This document shows, piece after piece, positions 9,924-18,962 of a stretch of 64,000 nt of DNA; the stretch's first letter is position 1, and every line of letters begins with the position of its first letter. The stretch is from Candidatus Nomurabacteria bacterium (lineage in GTDB: Bacteria; Patescibacteriota; Minisyncoccia; Phycocordibacterales; UBA918). Where the stretch lies: contig CP060229.1 of assembly GCA_023898585.1 (NCBI GenBank), positions 381,912-445,911 on the forward strand. Reading direction: 5' to 3'. The notes beneath the pieces were generated by a model. That model made no database searches. It had not been told where the DNA came from and saw only the letters and a list, made by a program, of their open reading frames with translations. A program made the translations under genes and the position numbers.

Positions 9924-10664
9924 TTATTCAAATGATAGGTGATGCAACAGTCCGTCGAAGGTCTTGGCGACTAAGTCCTTGGTGAATACTTCCTTAGTGG
10001 GACCGTTTGCTATTACAGTATGTTTTATAAGAGCCACACGATCACATGTTTCAGGCAGAGACAGCAAATCGTGGGTGGCTAATATTATGGTCTTGCCCTG
10101 TTCTTTTAGATTCATAAATAATGAAATCAGAGATTTTTCACTGGTTGCATCGAGTCCGGCAAAGGGTTCGTCCAAAAGCATGATGTCGGCACCTTGGGCG
10201 AGAGCGCGAGCAACAAAAACTCTCTTTTTTTGTCCTCCCGACAGCTCACCGATCTGATTGTTTTTATACTCCAGCATACTCACTTGTCGCAAAGCATCAA
10301 TAACGTTTTCGTGGTCTTCCTCAGAAGCGGTTTTAATAAAATTCTGTTTTCCATAACGACCCATCATCACTACTTCGTAGACGGAGATAGGGAAGTCCCA
10401 ATCAACGTCTTCCGATTGTGGTACGTAGGCGACGTGGCCGTGCTTCTGAGCAGTTTTGACAGGATCAGAGCAAACCGTCACTGTGCCGGATTGTGGTGCT
10501 ACTAGTCCCATGATGACCTTGAACATGGTGGATTTACCCGCGCCATTCATCCCAATCACACCGGTAAAAGAACGGTAGGGAATATCGATTGATGCACCGG
10601 TAAGAGCTGGCTTGTCGCCGTAGAATACAGTGACGTCTCTCAAAGATATCGCGATGTTTGTCAT
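9924..10664 (-). CDS. metal ABC transporter ATP-binding protein (ZnuC/MntA-like)
   Basis: Walker A GMNGAGKST, signature LSGGQKKR, Walker B LLDEP. Confidence 0.8.
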   Translation of the reverse strand: MTNIAISLRDVTVFYGDKPALTGASIDIPYRSFTGVIGMNGAGKSTMFKVIMGLVAPQSGTVTVCSDPVKTAQKHGHVAYVPQSEDVDWDFPISVYEVVMMGRYGKQNFIKTASEEDHENVIDALRQVSMLEYKNNQIGELSGGQKKRVFVARALAQGADIMLLDEPFAGLDATSEKSLISLFMNLKEQGKTIILATHDLLSLPETCDRVALIKHTVIANGPTKEVFTKDLVAKTFDGLLHHLSFE

Positions 10665-10676
10665 AGTGTTTAATGA

Positions 10677-11597
10677 TTAATTACTCGTCAGACCGGAGAT
10701 TATTGTGTTTGTTGTATGTTCCAAGAGAGCAAGATAGTTTGGTGCCGGACCGTCTTCGGAAGACAAGGAATCAACAAAGAGTATCCCACCGAGTTTTGCA
10801 TTGGTGGCATTGGCCACCTCGTTTTGCAAGCGTGGCTCGACCGTGCTCTCACAGAATACAGCCGGAATTTCCTTCTCGTTCACCGTATCAATTACCGATG
10901 CTACTTGTTGGGGTGTTCCTTGAGACTCGGAGTTGATCGCCCATAAGTAGATTTCTTCCAAACCGTAATCGTTAGTTAGGTAGGAGAAGGCTCCCTCGCA
11001 AGTTACTAATACACGGTTATTCTCCGGCAAACTGTCCATAGCGACCGACAATCTTTCCCCAACGGCTTTTATTTGTTCGGAATATTTCTCGGCTCTGGTT
11101 GCGAAATATTCAGCCTCCTCTGGCAGTAGCTTGGTTAATTCTGATCTTATATTTTCCACGTATACCAAACCTTGTTCAGGCGACATCCAGGCGTGCGGGT
11201 TTGGTTTGCCGGCATAAGCGTCGTCTCTTATGTTGATGACTTTAACACCGGTACTTACCGTCACTATGGGCACAACAGGAATACTGGCTCGCAGTTTTTC
11301 CGTCCACAACTCCAAGTTCATCCCGTTTTCAAAAATAACGTCAGCCTTTGACGCTTGAGTCAGGTCGCTTGGGGTAGGTTCATAACCGTGAATTTCAGCC
11401 CCGGGTTTCGTTAGTGAAATAGCGGTGACTTTATCTCCTCCAACCTCACTCACCATGTCGGAAATGATTGTAAACGTACTTAAGACCACCAAAGAGTCTT
11501 TTTCTGATTCGATTTCTGAACGTTCCGTTTTTGAATTGTAGAACAAAACAACTACAAGGGTGGTTAACAATACTGCTGTAATAGTGATTTTTCTCAT
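10677..11597 (-). CDS. metal ABC transporter substrate-binding protein (TroA/ZnuA/MntC cluster A-I)
   Basis: N-terminal signal/TM anchor. TroA-like fold sequence features. Operon position. Confidence 0.7.
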   Translation of the reverse strand: MRKITITAVLLTTLVVVLFYNSKTERSEIESEKDSLVVLSTFTIISDMVSEVGGDKVTAISLTKPGAEIHGYEPTPSDLTQASKADVIFENGMNLELWTEKLRASIPVVPIVTVSTGVKVINIRDDAYAGKPNPHAWMSPEQGLVYVENIRSELTKLLPEEAEYFATRAEKYSEQIKAVGERLSVAMDSLPENNRVLVTCEGAFSYLTNDYGLEEIYLWAINSESQGTPQQVASVIDTVNEKEIPAVFCESTVEPRLQNEVANATNAKLGGILFVDSLSSEDGPAPNYLALLEHTTNTIISGLTSN

Positions 11598-11615
11598 GTT
11601 TTAAATAATAGTAGT

Positions 11616-12044
11616 TTAATCAAAAGAGGGGATGTTAGAACCGTGAGGGTCTCTCGTCGGGTGGCCTAAAAATTCATCCAGCTTTCTTGCCACTTTGTCA
11701 CTGAGGGCGTGTTCCAGAATGTCGGCTTCAATATGCACTTCGTCACTCGGGATATTTAATTTTTTACTCAAAAATACTTCGATGACTCTGTGTTTGTGAG
11801 TGACTTTTTTACCAACCACCAAACCTTTAGGTGTCGGTGTTACTCTGCCGTATAGCTCTTGTTTGATCAGCTTATCTCTCGCTAATTCTTTTAGGCGCTC
11901 AGAGACGGTTGATTTACTCAAACCGAGCTTTTCCGCTATGTTTGTCACGGAAATTGGCAGGTTCTTTTTCTGAAGCAAGTAAATTGTCCGCAGATAGTCT
12001 TCTTGGGTAGCGCTAATATTCTTCTTTGAAGATTTTGTTCGCAC
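11616..12044 (-). CDS. DtxR/MntR-family metal-dependent transcriptional repressor
   Basis: N-terminal winged HTH (ATQEDYLRTIYLL...ISVTNIAEKLGLSKSTVSERLK) plus metal-binding/dimerisation domain. Heads the importer operon. Confidence 0.75.
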   Translation of the reverse strand: MRTKSSKKNISATQEDYLRTIYLLQKKNLPISVTNIAEKLGLSKSTVSERLKELARDKLIKQELYGRVTPTPKGLVVGKKVTHKHRVIEVFLSKKLNIPSDEVHIEADILEHALSDKVARKLDEFLGHPTRDPHGSNIPSFD

Positions 12045-12057
12045 ACACGAACTTTAG

Positions 12058-12072
12058 CATATTTAAAATATG
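12058..12072. promoter_or_regulatory. 15-bp perfect AT-rich palindrome CATATTTAAAATATG upstream of the DtxR/MntR gene (candidate operator)
   Basis: Perfect dyad 14-28 bp upstream of the regulator start codon. Confidence 0.4.
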
Positions 12073-12192
12073 GTGCAAATTGGTTTGCGTTATGTTCAGG
12101 AAATAACTTAACGATAAATCATGTGAGCCGGTGTCCAGTCATGTGAGGTGACAAAAACCAAGAAATTTACCGGTTTTGGTTTAAACACGTGC

Positions 12193-12223
12193 TGTGCACC
12201 ATGTGGGACGACGTTAGAACTTT
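12193..12223. repeat. 31-bp direct repeat tgtgcaccatgtgggacgacgttagaacttt (copy 1)
   Basis: Identical 31-mer recurs at 12814-12844. The two copies bracket the NUDIX gene. Confidence 0.8.
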
Positions 12224-12249
12224 TTTACAGGAAAAAGCCGAAGCACAAC

Positions 12250-12753
12250 TTACCCAAAATTAAGTGAACTACCACTCATCAACTCAAAAGCACGTTTCAG
12301 TGCTTGTATTTCAGGGTCGTCACCACGTTTGTTTTCAGTCATGACTTTTTCCAGCTCAGCTTCTGTAAACCAACCAAATTCTGAATGGTCATCAGGGTGA
12401 ATCTTAATGTCTTCAATGGGCGACAGGAAGGTGGCAAAGTAAATCACTTCAACAGAATGTGACCCCTTCACATCATTGGTATAGGTGAAAGAAGCGAACG
12501 GTTCACCAACTGCAATATCAACTTCAAATTCTTCTTTGATTTCACGCTTCAGACCTTCCACAAGGTCTTCACCATAATCAATATGCCCACCAGGTATTTC
12601 GTATACCCCCGGCAAGAATTTCTTGGTGCCGGCACGCTTTGGTAGAAATATCTTTTCTACGCCGTCAAAGTTTTTATGAATAAGAGCACAAGCGGTTATT
12701 ACTTGTTGGCCATGGGCCGCAGTTTCACTGTCGTGAGATGTTTTATGTTCCAT
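12250..12753 (-). CDS. NUDIX hydrolase
   Basis: Nudix box GGHIDYGEDLVEGLKREIKEEFEV. Confidence 0.8.
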   Translation of the reverse strand: MEHKTSHDSETAAHGQQVITACALIHKNFDGVEKIFLPKRAGTKKFLPGVYEIPGGHIDYGEDLVEGLKREIKEEFEVDIAVGEPFASFTYTNDVKGSHSVEVIYFATFLSPIEDIKIHPDDHSEFGWFTEAELEKVMTENKRGDDPEIQALKRAFELMSGSSLNFG

Positions 12754-12813
12754 TCAGCGAGTATACCAAAGACTTGAACGGAATGTATATTGCTAATTAA
12801 AGCTAAAACTTGG

Positions 12814-12844
12814 TGTGCACCATGTGGGACGACGTTAGAACTTT
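12814..12844. repeat. 31-bp direct repeat (copy 2) 62 bp upstream of the NUDIX gene
   Basis: Identical to 12193-12223. Confidence 0.8.
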
Positions 12845-12910
12845 CTTGAGTAAGAATTGCATGTCTGTGTAGATTTGATACAACTATTTTGTCAGCCACT
12901 AGTGGAGGAA

Positions 12911-13204
12911 ATGACAATGTTCTCAAAAATTTTCCCATGGGCATTCTTTTTTAGCTGGATGCCGTACCCCCGACGTTTCTCACTGTTTGGTCGTAATTTT
13001 GTACTTCTTTACGGTTCTTACTATGAGCGGTACAAGAAAGCGGTAATTCGTTACCACAAATCTCAACTCAGCAATCTGGATGTGGGTTTCCGGATGGAGG
13101 AGGCCGGTAAGGAGCTGGTTCGTCGTCGTAATGAAGCGAGAGAGAGAGGTGTTGGACCTTTGGATCCTGGATATCCAGATCTTCATGATGTTATGGATCT
13201 GTAA
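12911..13204 (+). CDS. hypothetical protein (97 aa)
   Basis: ATG 12911 is preceded by GGAGGA at the right spacing. ORF-track frame 12857..13204. Confidence 0.4.
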   Translation: MTMFSKIFPWAFFFSWMPYPRRFSLFGRNFVLLYGSYYERYKKAVIRYHKSQLSNLDVGFRMEEAGKELVRRRNEARERGVGPLDPGYPDLHDVMDL

Positions 13205-13256
13205 TTTTAGGGTATAGACCACCACAGCAAAACCATCGCTGTCTGGTGGTTTTTGC

Positions 13257-13604
13257 TTATATAGCACTCAGTATTTGGTTTTTTGTTGTTTGATTAAGTA
13301 AATCTAGTTTTTCATCGTGATTCCAAGATTGAATTTCTTTTTCTCTAACTCGTGCCTCCTTGCGAGTGGGGTAGCGCTCTAGATGTTGGAGAAACACAGG
13401 TCTGTGCATTTTAGTGTGAAAAGCACCACCCCAACGTAAACCATTATGTTGCTCAATTCGCTTACGAACATTTGATGTTACGCCGGTATAGAGTGACCCG
13501 CTAGAACACTGAACGATATACACATAACAATACATATGCGCTAATAATAACAAAGAGAAAGTCCTAGAAAAACATCCCGACACATTTATCATTATTGTGG
13601 TCAC
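13257..13604 (-). CDS. GIY-YIG nuclease-family protein (UPF0213/YhbQ-like)
   Basis: YVYIVQCSSGSLYTGVTSNVRKRIEQHN is a classic GIY-YIG motif. The likely start is the internal Met near 13533. Confidence 0.7.
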   Translation of the reverse strand: MTTIMINVSGCFSRTFSLLLLAHMYCYVYIVQCSSGSLYTGVTSNVRKRIEQHNGLRWGGAFHTKMHRPVFLQHLERYPTRKEARVREKEIQSWNHDEKLDLLNQTTKNQILSAI

Positions 13605-13747
13605 GAATCACTAAGTATATTTCTGCACTTCGTGAGAAATCTACTAAGTGTTCTCGACCCCGGCTCATCTGTTTTCTTCGCTAGGAAAGGCGAAAAAAAC
13701 ATGACTCCGCCTCGCACCAAGGTGCGCAAGCAAAGCAGTTTGCTTGC

Positions 13748-13790
13748 TATAAGAAAAACCACTGGATTGACTCCAGTGATTTTTCTTATA
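13748..13790 (-). terminator. long hairpin (~19-bp stem, loop ttgac) flanked by A-run/U-run, immediately 3' of tRNA-Val
   Basis: tataagaaaaaccactgga / tccagtgatttttcttata. The single mismatch becomes a G:U pair on the minus-strand RNA. U-rich tail. Confidence 0.6.
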
Positions 13791-13796
13791 CCTTTG

Positions 13797-13869
13797 TGCG
13801 CGATGAGAGACTCGAACTCCCGACCTTCGCAGTGTAAATGCGCTGCTCTACCAACTGAGCTAATCGCGC
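13797..13869 (-). tRNA. tRNA-Val (anticodon TAC)
   Basis: Manual fold. Acceptor GCGCGAT/ATCGCGC, D arm TAGCTCAGTTGGTAGAGC, anticodon loop tTTACAc, T arm GGGAGTTCGAGTCTCTC. Confidence 0.8.
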
Positions 13870-14017
13870 GCAGTGTATTTTTTAAAAAATATTCTATATG
13901 TATTTTAGATATACCCAAACACTTACCAAATATTCTTGTAGGCACTATCGTACCTAATTTTTAGAATAATTCAATAGTCGCCGGATTCCATTGGTTGGAA
14001 TTCGGCGACTGGTTTCG

Positions 14018-14209
14018 TCAGAAGTAGAGTGTCACACAACGTTTCCTGGTGGATCTGCGGTGTTTTTCCTTCCTTCTTATTCGCGGTCTATCTTTGTCGG
14101 GATGGTTTTCTTCTCCCGATTTTTCTCCTGATTCGTTCAGAGGATGATAATCTTTATTATCGTTGGCTTTTGGATTGTTCATCATCTCTACCCATTTTTC
14201 ATAATCCAC
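14018..14209 (-). CDS. small basic hypothetical protein (63 aa)
   Basis: ORF only. A weak AGGGGG lies upstream. Could be spurious. Confidence 0.2.
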   Translation of the reverse strand: MDYEKWVEMMNNPKANDNKDYHPLNESGEKSGEENHPDKDRPRIRRKEKHRRSTRKRCVTLYF

Positions 14210-14286
14210 TGCAATTAACCCCCTAGTGACTGGCCCGCTTTCTTTATAATTCGAAAAATTAAATATGGCAAGGTATACTTTCGATT

Positions 14287-14559
14287 ATGATCGAAATCTA
14301 TTGTGTTGTGACAGGTAAAGTACAAGGTGTGGCTTATAGGGTATACGCTCAAGAATCGGCCACCAATTTAGGGTTGGTTGGATACACAAAGAACCTGAGC
14401 GATGGCTCTGTGGTGGTAGTTGCTCAAGGGAGGCCGGAAGTACTGAAGGAATTTATTGAGTACCTACACGAAGGATCGCTCACTTCCAAAGTCGAAGGGG
14501 TAGCTGTTGAGTGGAAGAGTGTTGGTAAAACTTTCGATGAGTTCTCGGTGTTACATTAA
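14287..14559 (+). CDS. acyP: acylphosphatase
   Basis: VTGKVQGVAYRVY signature. ~90 aa. Confidence 0.8.
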   Translation: MIEIYCVVTGKVQGVAYRVYAQESATNLGLVGYTKNLSDGSVVVVAQGRPEVLKEFIEYLHEGSLTSKVEGVAVEWKSVGKTFDEFSVLH

Positions 14560-14564
14560 ACACT

Positions 14565-15245
14565 ATGGGAAAAACTGATATCCAATGTCTCGGATTCATC
14601 ATGGATGGTAATCGGCGTTGGGCTAAGAGCCGGCGTCTACCCACTTTAGCTGGGCATAAGCGCGGACAGGAAGTCTTTCAAGATTGTGTACGATTTGTGC
14701 GGGATAGGAATATACCACACGCTATTTTCTATGCTTTTTCTACCGAGAATTGGCAACGTGAAAAGTATGAGGTTGACTACCTCATGTCATTGTTTGAGGA
14801 TGTTTTGAAAAAGGTACTGAAAGAGACGGAAGAGAATAAAGTAAAAATAAAAATTATCGGTCGAAGATCTGACTTTTCTTTATCACTACAGAAAATAATG
14901 GACCAAGTGGAAGCAAAGAGTAGAAAATATAAATCGACTACTATCTGGGTAGCCTTGTCGTATGGTGGTAGAGCCGAGTTGATAGACGCGGTAAATAAAG
15001 CTGTGGAGTCCGGCAAGAAAGTGTCTGAAGAAAATTTTAAACAGTTGCTTTGGACGGCGAAAATGCCAGACCCCGATATGATAATAAGAACCGGCGGGGA
15101 ACAAAGGCTATCAAATTTTTTACCTTGGCAGTCTACCTACAGCGAGCTTTATTTTATAGATAAGCTCTGGCCGGCTTTGACCAAAGACGATTTTGAGGAC
15201 ATACTCATTGAATATGAAAAGCGAGAAAGACGTCGTGGGAAATAA
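14565..15245 (+). CDS. uppS: undecaprenyl-diphosphate synthase (isoprenyl transferase)
   Basis: MDGNRRWA motif and UPPS fold motifs. Confidence 0.85.
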   Translation: MGKTDIQCLGFIMDGNRRWAKSRRLPTLAGHKRGQEVFQDCVRFVRDRNIPHAIFYAFSTENWQREKYEVDYLMSLFEDVLKKVLKETEENKVKIKIIGRRSDFSLSLQKIMDQVEAKSRKYKSTTIWVALSYGGRAELIDAVNKAVESGKKVSEENFKQLLWTAKMPDPDMIIRTGGEQRLSNFLPWQSTYSELYFIDKLWPALTKDDFEDILIEYEKRERRRGK

Positions 15246-15987
15246 AACCGAGCCGATGGTTTTGTACGAAGACAAAGATGTTTTAATTATCGACAAACCA
15301 TACGGCTGGTTGACGCATGAAGACGGACACTCTCTTGAGAGTCCGATTGTAGTGAAGTGGTTTTGTCAAAAATATCCTTCTGCGGTCGGTGTTGGTGAGG
15401 CAGGGTATTCTCCTAAAGGCCAGGAGTTAAATCGCTCGGGGGTGGTGCACCGATTAGACAGGGAAACTTCCGGTGTGCTTGTCTTGGCTAAAAATCAAGA
15501 AGCATACGAACATCTAAAACAACAATTTAAAGACAGGCAAGTCTATAAAGAATACAGAGCATTTGTTTACGGCAGAATGAATGATAGATGGGGAACAATA
15601 AACCGACCGATTGGGCGTAGCGCGAAAGATAGCCGACGCCGTTCCGCCGAGCGCGGGTCGAAAGGTGTTCGTCGCGAAGCGATTACGGATTTTGAACGTA
15701 TCGGTATGGGTGAATATGAAGACGAGTCGTTTTCTTACGTAAAACTCATCCCTAAGACCGGCCGAACTCACCAGCTTCGAGTGCACTTGCGAGCGATTGA
15801 CCGGCCGATTGTGAAAGACTCTCTGTATGCTGAGCATAAAATATCCGGATCAAATAATTTAAAGATGGACCGACTGGCTCTACATGCCCACGTTTTGGAA
15901 ATCCAGTTACCGAATGGATCCCGAGAAAGGTACATAGCCCCCGTACCACAAGATTTTGAAGAGGCAGCCGAACGCATTGCAGAATAG
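15193..15987 (+). CDS. RluA-family pseudouridine synthase
   Basis: HRLDRETSGVLVLAKN catalytic motif. The true start is probably the Met at 15256 just after the uppS stop. Confidence 0.8.
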   Translation: MRTYSLNMKSEKDVVGNKTEPMVLYEDKDVLIIDKPYGWLTHEDGHSLESPIVVKWFCQKYPSAVGVGEAGYSPKGQELNRSGVVHRLDRETSGVLVLAKNQEAYEHLKQQFKDRQVYKEYRAFVYGRMNDRWGTINRPIGRSAKDSRRRSAERGSKGVRREAITDFERIGMGEYEDESFSYVKLIPKTGRTHQLRVHLRAIDRPIVKDSLYAEHKISGSNNLKMDRLALHAHVLEIQLPNGSRERYIAPVPQDFEEAAERIAE

Positions 15988-16054
15988 ATCTTATCATGTT
16001 AGAGTGTGGCACGTTTTAAACGGCTCGTTTGTTTAATTATTCAATAAGATTATT

Positions 16055-16672
16055 ATGAAAGCAGTAATGGCGGGGGTGGCAGTGTCACCTGTAAATATGG
16101 AAGAACGAAAGGGACTCGGCATCAGACCCGGAGATACCGTTCGTGTTCACCAGAAGATTCAAGATAAGGAGAAAACCAGAATTCAGATTTTTGAAGGATT
16201 GGTTTTAGCAAGAAAGCACGGAGACGAACCGGGAGCGACCTTCACTGTTCGCAAAGTAGCGAGCGGGGTTGGAGTAGAGAAGATATTCCCGTTATACTCA
16301 CCCCTTATCGACAAATTGGAAATTGTGAAGCGTGCCAAAGTTAGAAGAGCGAAACTTTATCACATACGAGAGAAAGTCAATCGAGAAATTAAGCGTCAGA
16401 TGCGTCGCATGAGTTTGGTTTCAATGTCTACTGAGTCTGGGGCTGAGGCAATGGCTCGGGAAGCTGAAGAAACTGCCAAGGCTGAAGCTGAAGCGGTTAA
16501 GCTTGCTGAAGCGACAGTAGAAGCGGATGTAACCAAAGAAGAAGTGGCTCAAGAAGAGGCTACAGAAAAGACTGAAATTCCGGTTGAGGTTGAGGAAGTA
16601 GAGAAAGAAGTAGCTGAAGATTCATCCGAAGAGGTAAAACCAACTGAAGAAACTAAAGGGGAAGTAAAATAG
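16055..16672 (+). CDS. rplS: ribosomal protein L19 with acidic C-terminal extension
   Basis: [29 protein letters not shown]...[25 protein letters not shown] matches L19. The Glu-rich tail is an extension. Confidence 0.85.
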   Translation: MKAVMAGVAVSPVNMEERKGLGIRPGDTVRVHQKIQDKEKTRIQIFEGLVLARKHGDEPGATFTVRKVASGVGVEKIFPLYSPLIDKLEIVKRAKVRRAKLYHIREKVNREIKRQMRRMSLVSMSTESGAEAMAREAEETAKAEAEAVKLAEATVEADVTKEEVAQEEATEKTEIPVEVEEVEKEVAEDSSEEVKPTEETKGEVK

Positions 16673-16719
16673 GAAGCTGGTTAGACAGAAGAACATAAGA
16701 GGAAAGATTAAAGGCTACA

Positions 16720-16748
16720 AAAAGCGAATCCCCAGGATTCGCTTTTTT
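16720..16748 (+). terminator. intrinsic terminator after rplS (9-bp stem aagcgaatc/gattcgctt plus T6)
   Basis: Perfect stem, loop cccag, then tttttt. Confidence 0.7.
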
Positions 16749-16799
16749 GAATGATGGACAGCTTGAATTGACGGTTTACATAATGCATAATGACGATCT

Positions 16800-16884
16800 G
16801 TCCACGTGGCGAAATTGGTAGACGCGCTACCTTGAGGTGGTAGTGAGAATTATTCTCTTGCTGGTTCAAATCCAGTCGTGGACA
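16800..16884 (+). tRNA. tRNA-Leu (anticodon GAG), long variable arm
   Basis: Strong similarity to canonical bacterial tRNA-Leu (GGCGAAATTGGTAGACGCGCTACCTTGAGGTGGTAG...GGTTCAAATCC). A TTGAAT-17-CATAAT promoter sits just upstream. Confidence 0.85.
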
Positions 16885-17143
16885 CACCTAGAGCATATCC
16901 AAAAACCCTACACAAAAGAATAAATTATTGTCTAATATTTTGTTCCGGCTCGTCGGTTTGCAAAATTTGGTCAAAAAACCGCTATAATTTCTTACCGTAC
17001 ATCAGTATGGCTCGAAATTCTATCAATTTTTTGTCTCAAATTTTGCAAACCTTTGGAGCTCGGAGGGTTTTTGGACATGCTCTAAGCTGAAGTAAAAAGA
17101 GCAACATCCGAAAAACACTGCTCTTTTTGTTATACTAACATTC

Positions 17144-17593
17144 ATGGAAACCAAAAAAGATTCTTCTTACGGGGTAGTGCCGATTAGAAAGAAGGGTGAT
17201 TCCTGGGAGGTTTTCTTAATACACCAGTACAGTCGGATTGGAAACAATTCATACTGGGCTCTCCCTAAAGGGCATCCGGAATCCGATGAAACTGCCATAG
17301 AGACCGCAGAGCGAGAGCTGAAAGAGGAGACAGGTATGGTGGCTGAAAAAATATTAAATGAACCAATCTTTGACCTGCAATATTCATTTGTTTTTGATGG
17401 TGACTTGATAGAGAAGTCGGTTTTTTATTTCATCGGGATTGTCACAGATATGACACAGAAATTGAACGGTACAGAGGTTAAAGAAGCGGGGTGGTACTCG
17501 TTTGATGACGCTTCAGACAAACTTGAATACCAGGGAATGAAAAATCTATTTGAAGAGGCGAGAGAATACATCGAAAAGAACATGATGGATTAG
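17144..17593 (+). CDS. NUDIX hydrolase (second copy in window)
   Basis: Nudix box LPKGHPESDETAIETAERELKEETG. Confidence 0.8.
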   Translation: METKKDSSYGVVPIRKKGDSWEVFLIHQYSRIGNNSYWALPKGHPESDETAIETAERELKEETGMVAEKILNEPIFDLQYSFVFDGDLIEKSVFYFIGIVTDMTQKLNGTEVKEAGWYSFDDASDKLEYQGMKNLFEEAREYIEKNMMD

Positions 17594-17615
17594 GAAGAAG
17601 ACAGGGATTTTTTTT

Positions 17616-17643
17616 TTGCAAAAAAGATTTTTTGTGGTATAAT
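17616..17643 (+). promoter_or_regulatory. sigma70-like promoter TTGCAA-16-TGgTATAAT (extended -10)
   Basis: Seen in sequence. Followed by AAAGGAGG and ATG at 17701. Confidence 0.5.
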
Positions 17644-17700
17644 CTCAGTCAGATGTTTAGGTAGGTGTTTTATCTTGTCAACTTTTGAAAGGAGGACGCC

Positions 17701-18426
17701 ATGCGTCTAGTAATATTTTTTCTGTCAGTATTCTGCGCGTCGACGGTTTACGCAGAATATCCGACAAACAACATTTTCTGCTTTGATGTTTCGAGTACCA
17801 TAAGCAGTGAAAAGGGGCCGAGTGGTCTTCAGAGCTTGTACCGTATCTTGCAGAACGAGGTAGAGAACGAAATGCAAGTATACAACAACGATGAACTGAC
17901 TTGGCATCTAAAGGGGGGATGCACCATCGATGTCGGTAGTCGCGTTCCTATATACGACCAAGAACAAGCTTGCGTGGCGGGAGTGTTCCAGTGCGAGCGG
18001 GTCGGGTTTCGAGGTTGGGTGCAGACCAGAAAGTGGGTGGGCGAGCTATATCTCGCTGGCTTCAAGGGAGGAATGGCCCACGCTTGGACTTTAGGTCGAT
18101 TGTACCGCCGAGAAGACTTTCATTTACCTAAGGTATGTGAGAGTCGTGTTAGGGAGCTTGGTGGCGTACAGATTTACGGCTATCAAGCAAACAATGCCAA
18201 CTGGCAAGACAGGAAGCTCAACAGTATCTGCGCTGATGAGCTTCGGTATAATTTTGACACTCATCGCCAGTCAAATGACTCACGGGCACATGATCGGCGT
18301 GAACCTTACCCCAGACATCGGGGAAATGTCCGTCACGGAGAAATAAATGAAAAATTCTCTCCGGAGGAAAGGAGGAATTTGGAGATAATACTCCGAAACC
18401 AGCAACTTAGACGACAAGGGCAATGA
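17701..18426 (+). CDS. secreted Cys-rich hypothetical protein
   Basis: N-terminal signal peptide (MRLVIFFLSVFCASTVYA). Strong SD. Confidence 0.6.
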   Translation: MRLVIFFLSVFCASTVYAEYPTNNIFCFDVSSTISSEKGPSGLQSLYRILQNEVENEMQVYNNDELTWHLKGGCTIDVGSRVPIYDQEQACVAGVFQCERVGFRGWVQTRKWVGELYLAGFKGGMAHAWTLGRLYRREDFHLPKVCESRVRELGGVQIYGYQANNANWQDRKLNSICADELRYNFDTHRQSNDSRAHDRREPYPRHRGNVRHGEINEKFSPEERRNLEIILRNQQLRRQGQ

Positions 18427-18506
18427 GGAGAAAAACAATCAGCCGGGAGTGCGAACTTCCGGCTGAATTTAATTTGCTCCACAGATAGTCTGTGGTTTCT
18501 AGGTTT

Positions 18507-18878
18507 CTAGGTAAAAATTACTTCTCTCACTTTTTTCACAATCTCATCGAGACTAGAGTGGGCTTTTATGATGTAATCAGTGATCTTTCCTTCGTGAGCA
18601 GAGCCGATGTTGTTGATATCATCCATTGAAGTGAGCATGACCACTTTGACTGATTTCCCCCAAGGGTCTTGGCGTAGTTTTTTGAGCATTTCGTGTCCGT
18701 CCATGATTGGCATGATGATATCAAGCAGGATCAGATCGGGCTTTTCTTTTATCGCCACTCTGAGACCGACCGAACCATTTTCCGCAATCGAGACACGGAA
18801 ACCACTCTCGGTAATGGCTTCTGATATCGCTTCTCTGATATCCGGTTCATCCTCAACAATAAGTATGTGTTTGTCCAT
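18507..18878 (-). CDS. single-domain response regulator (CheY-like receiver)
   Basis: ILIVEDEP...LILLDIIMP...D/K receiver motifs. 123 aa. Confidence 0.8.
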   Translation of the reverse strand: MDKHILIVEDEPDIREAISEAITESGFRVSIAENGSVGLRVAIKEKPDLILLDIIMPIMDGHEMLKKLRQDPWGKSVKVVMLTSMDDINNIGSAHEGKITDYIIKAHSSLDEIVKKVREVIFT

Positions 18879-18962
18879 ATCAACGAGATAATACCACGAC
18901 TCCGAACTTTTTTGACATATTAAACGCTATCATGTTGTGTCATAGCTTGTTAAGATAAAGGA

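Noticed and set aside
13601-13964. ORFs 13601..13945(-) and 13632..13964(+) of 110-114 aa
   Set aside because: They span tRNA-Val and its terminator hairpin, and their sequences are low-complexity. The region is better explained as an RNA gene plus terminator.
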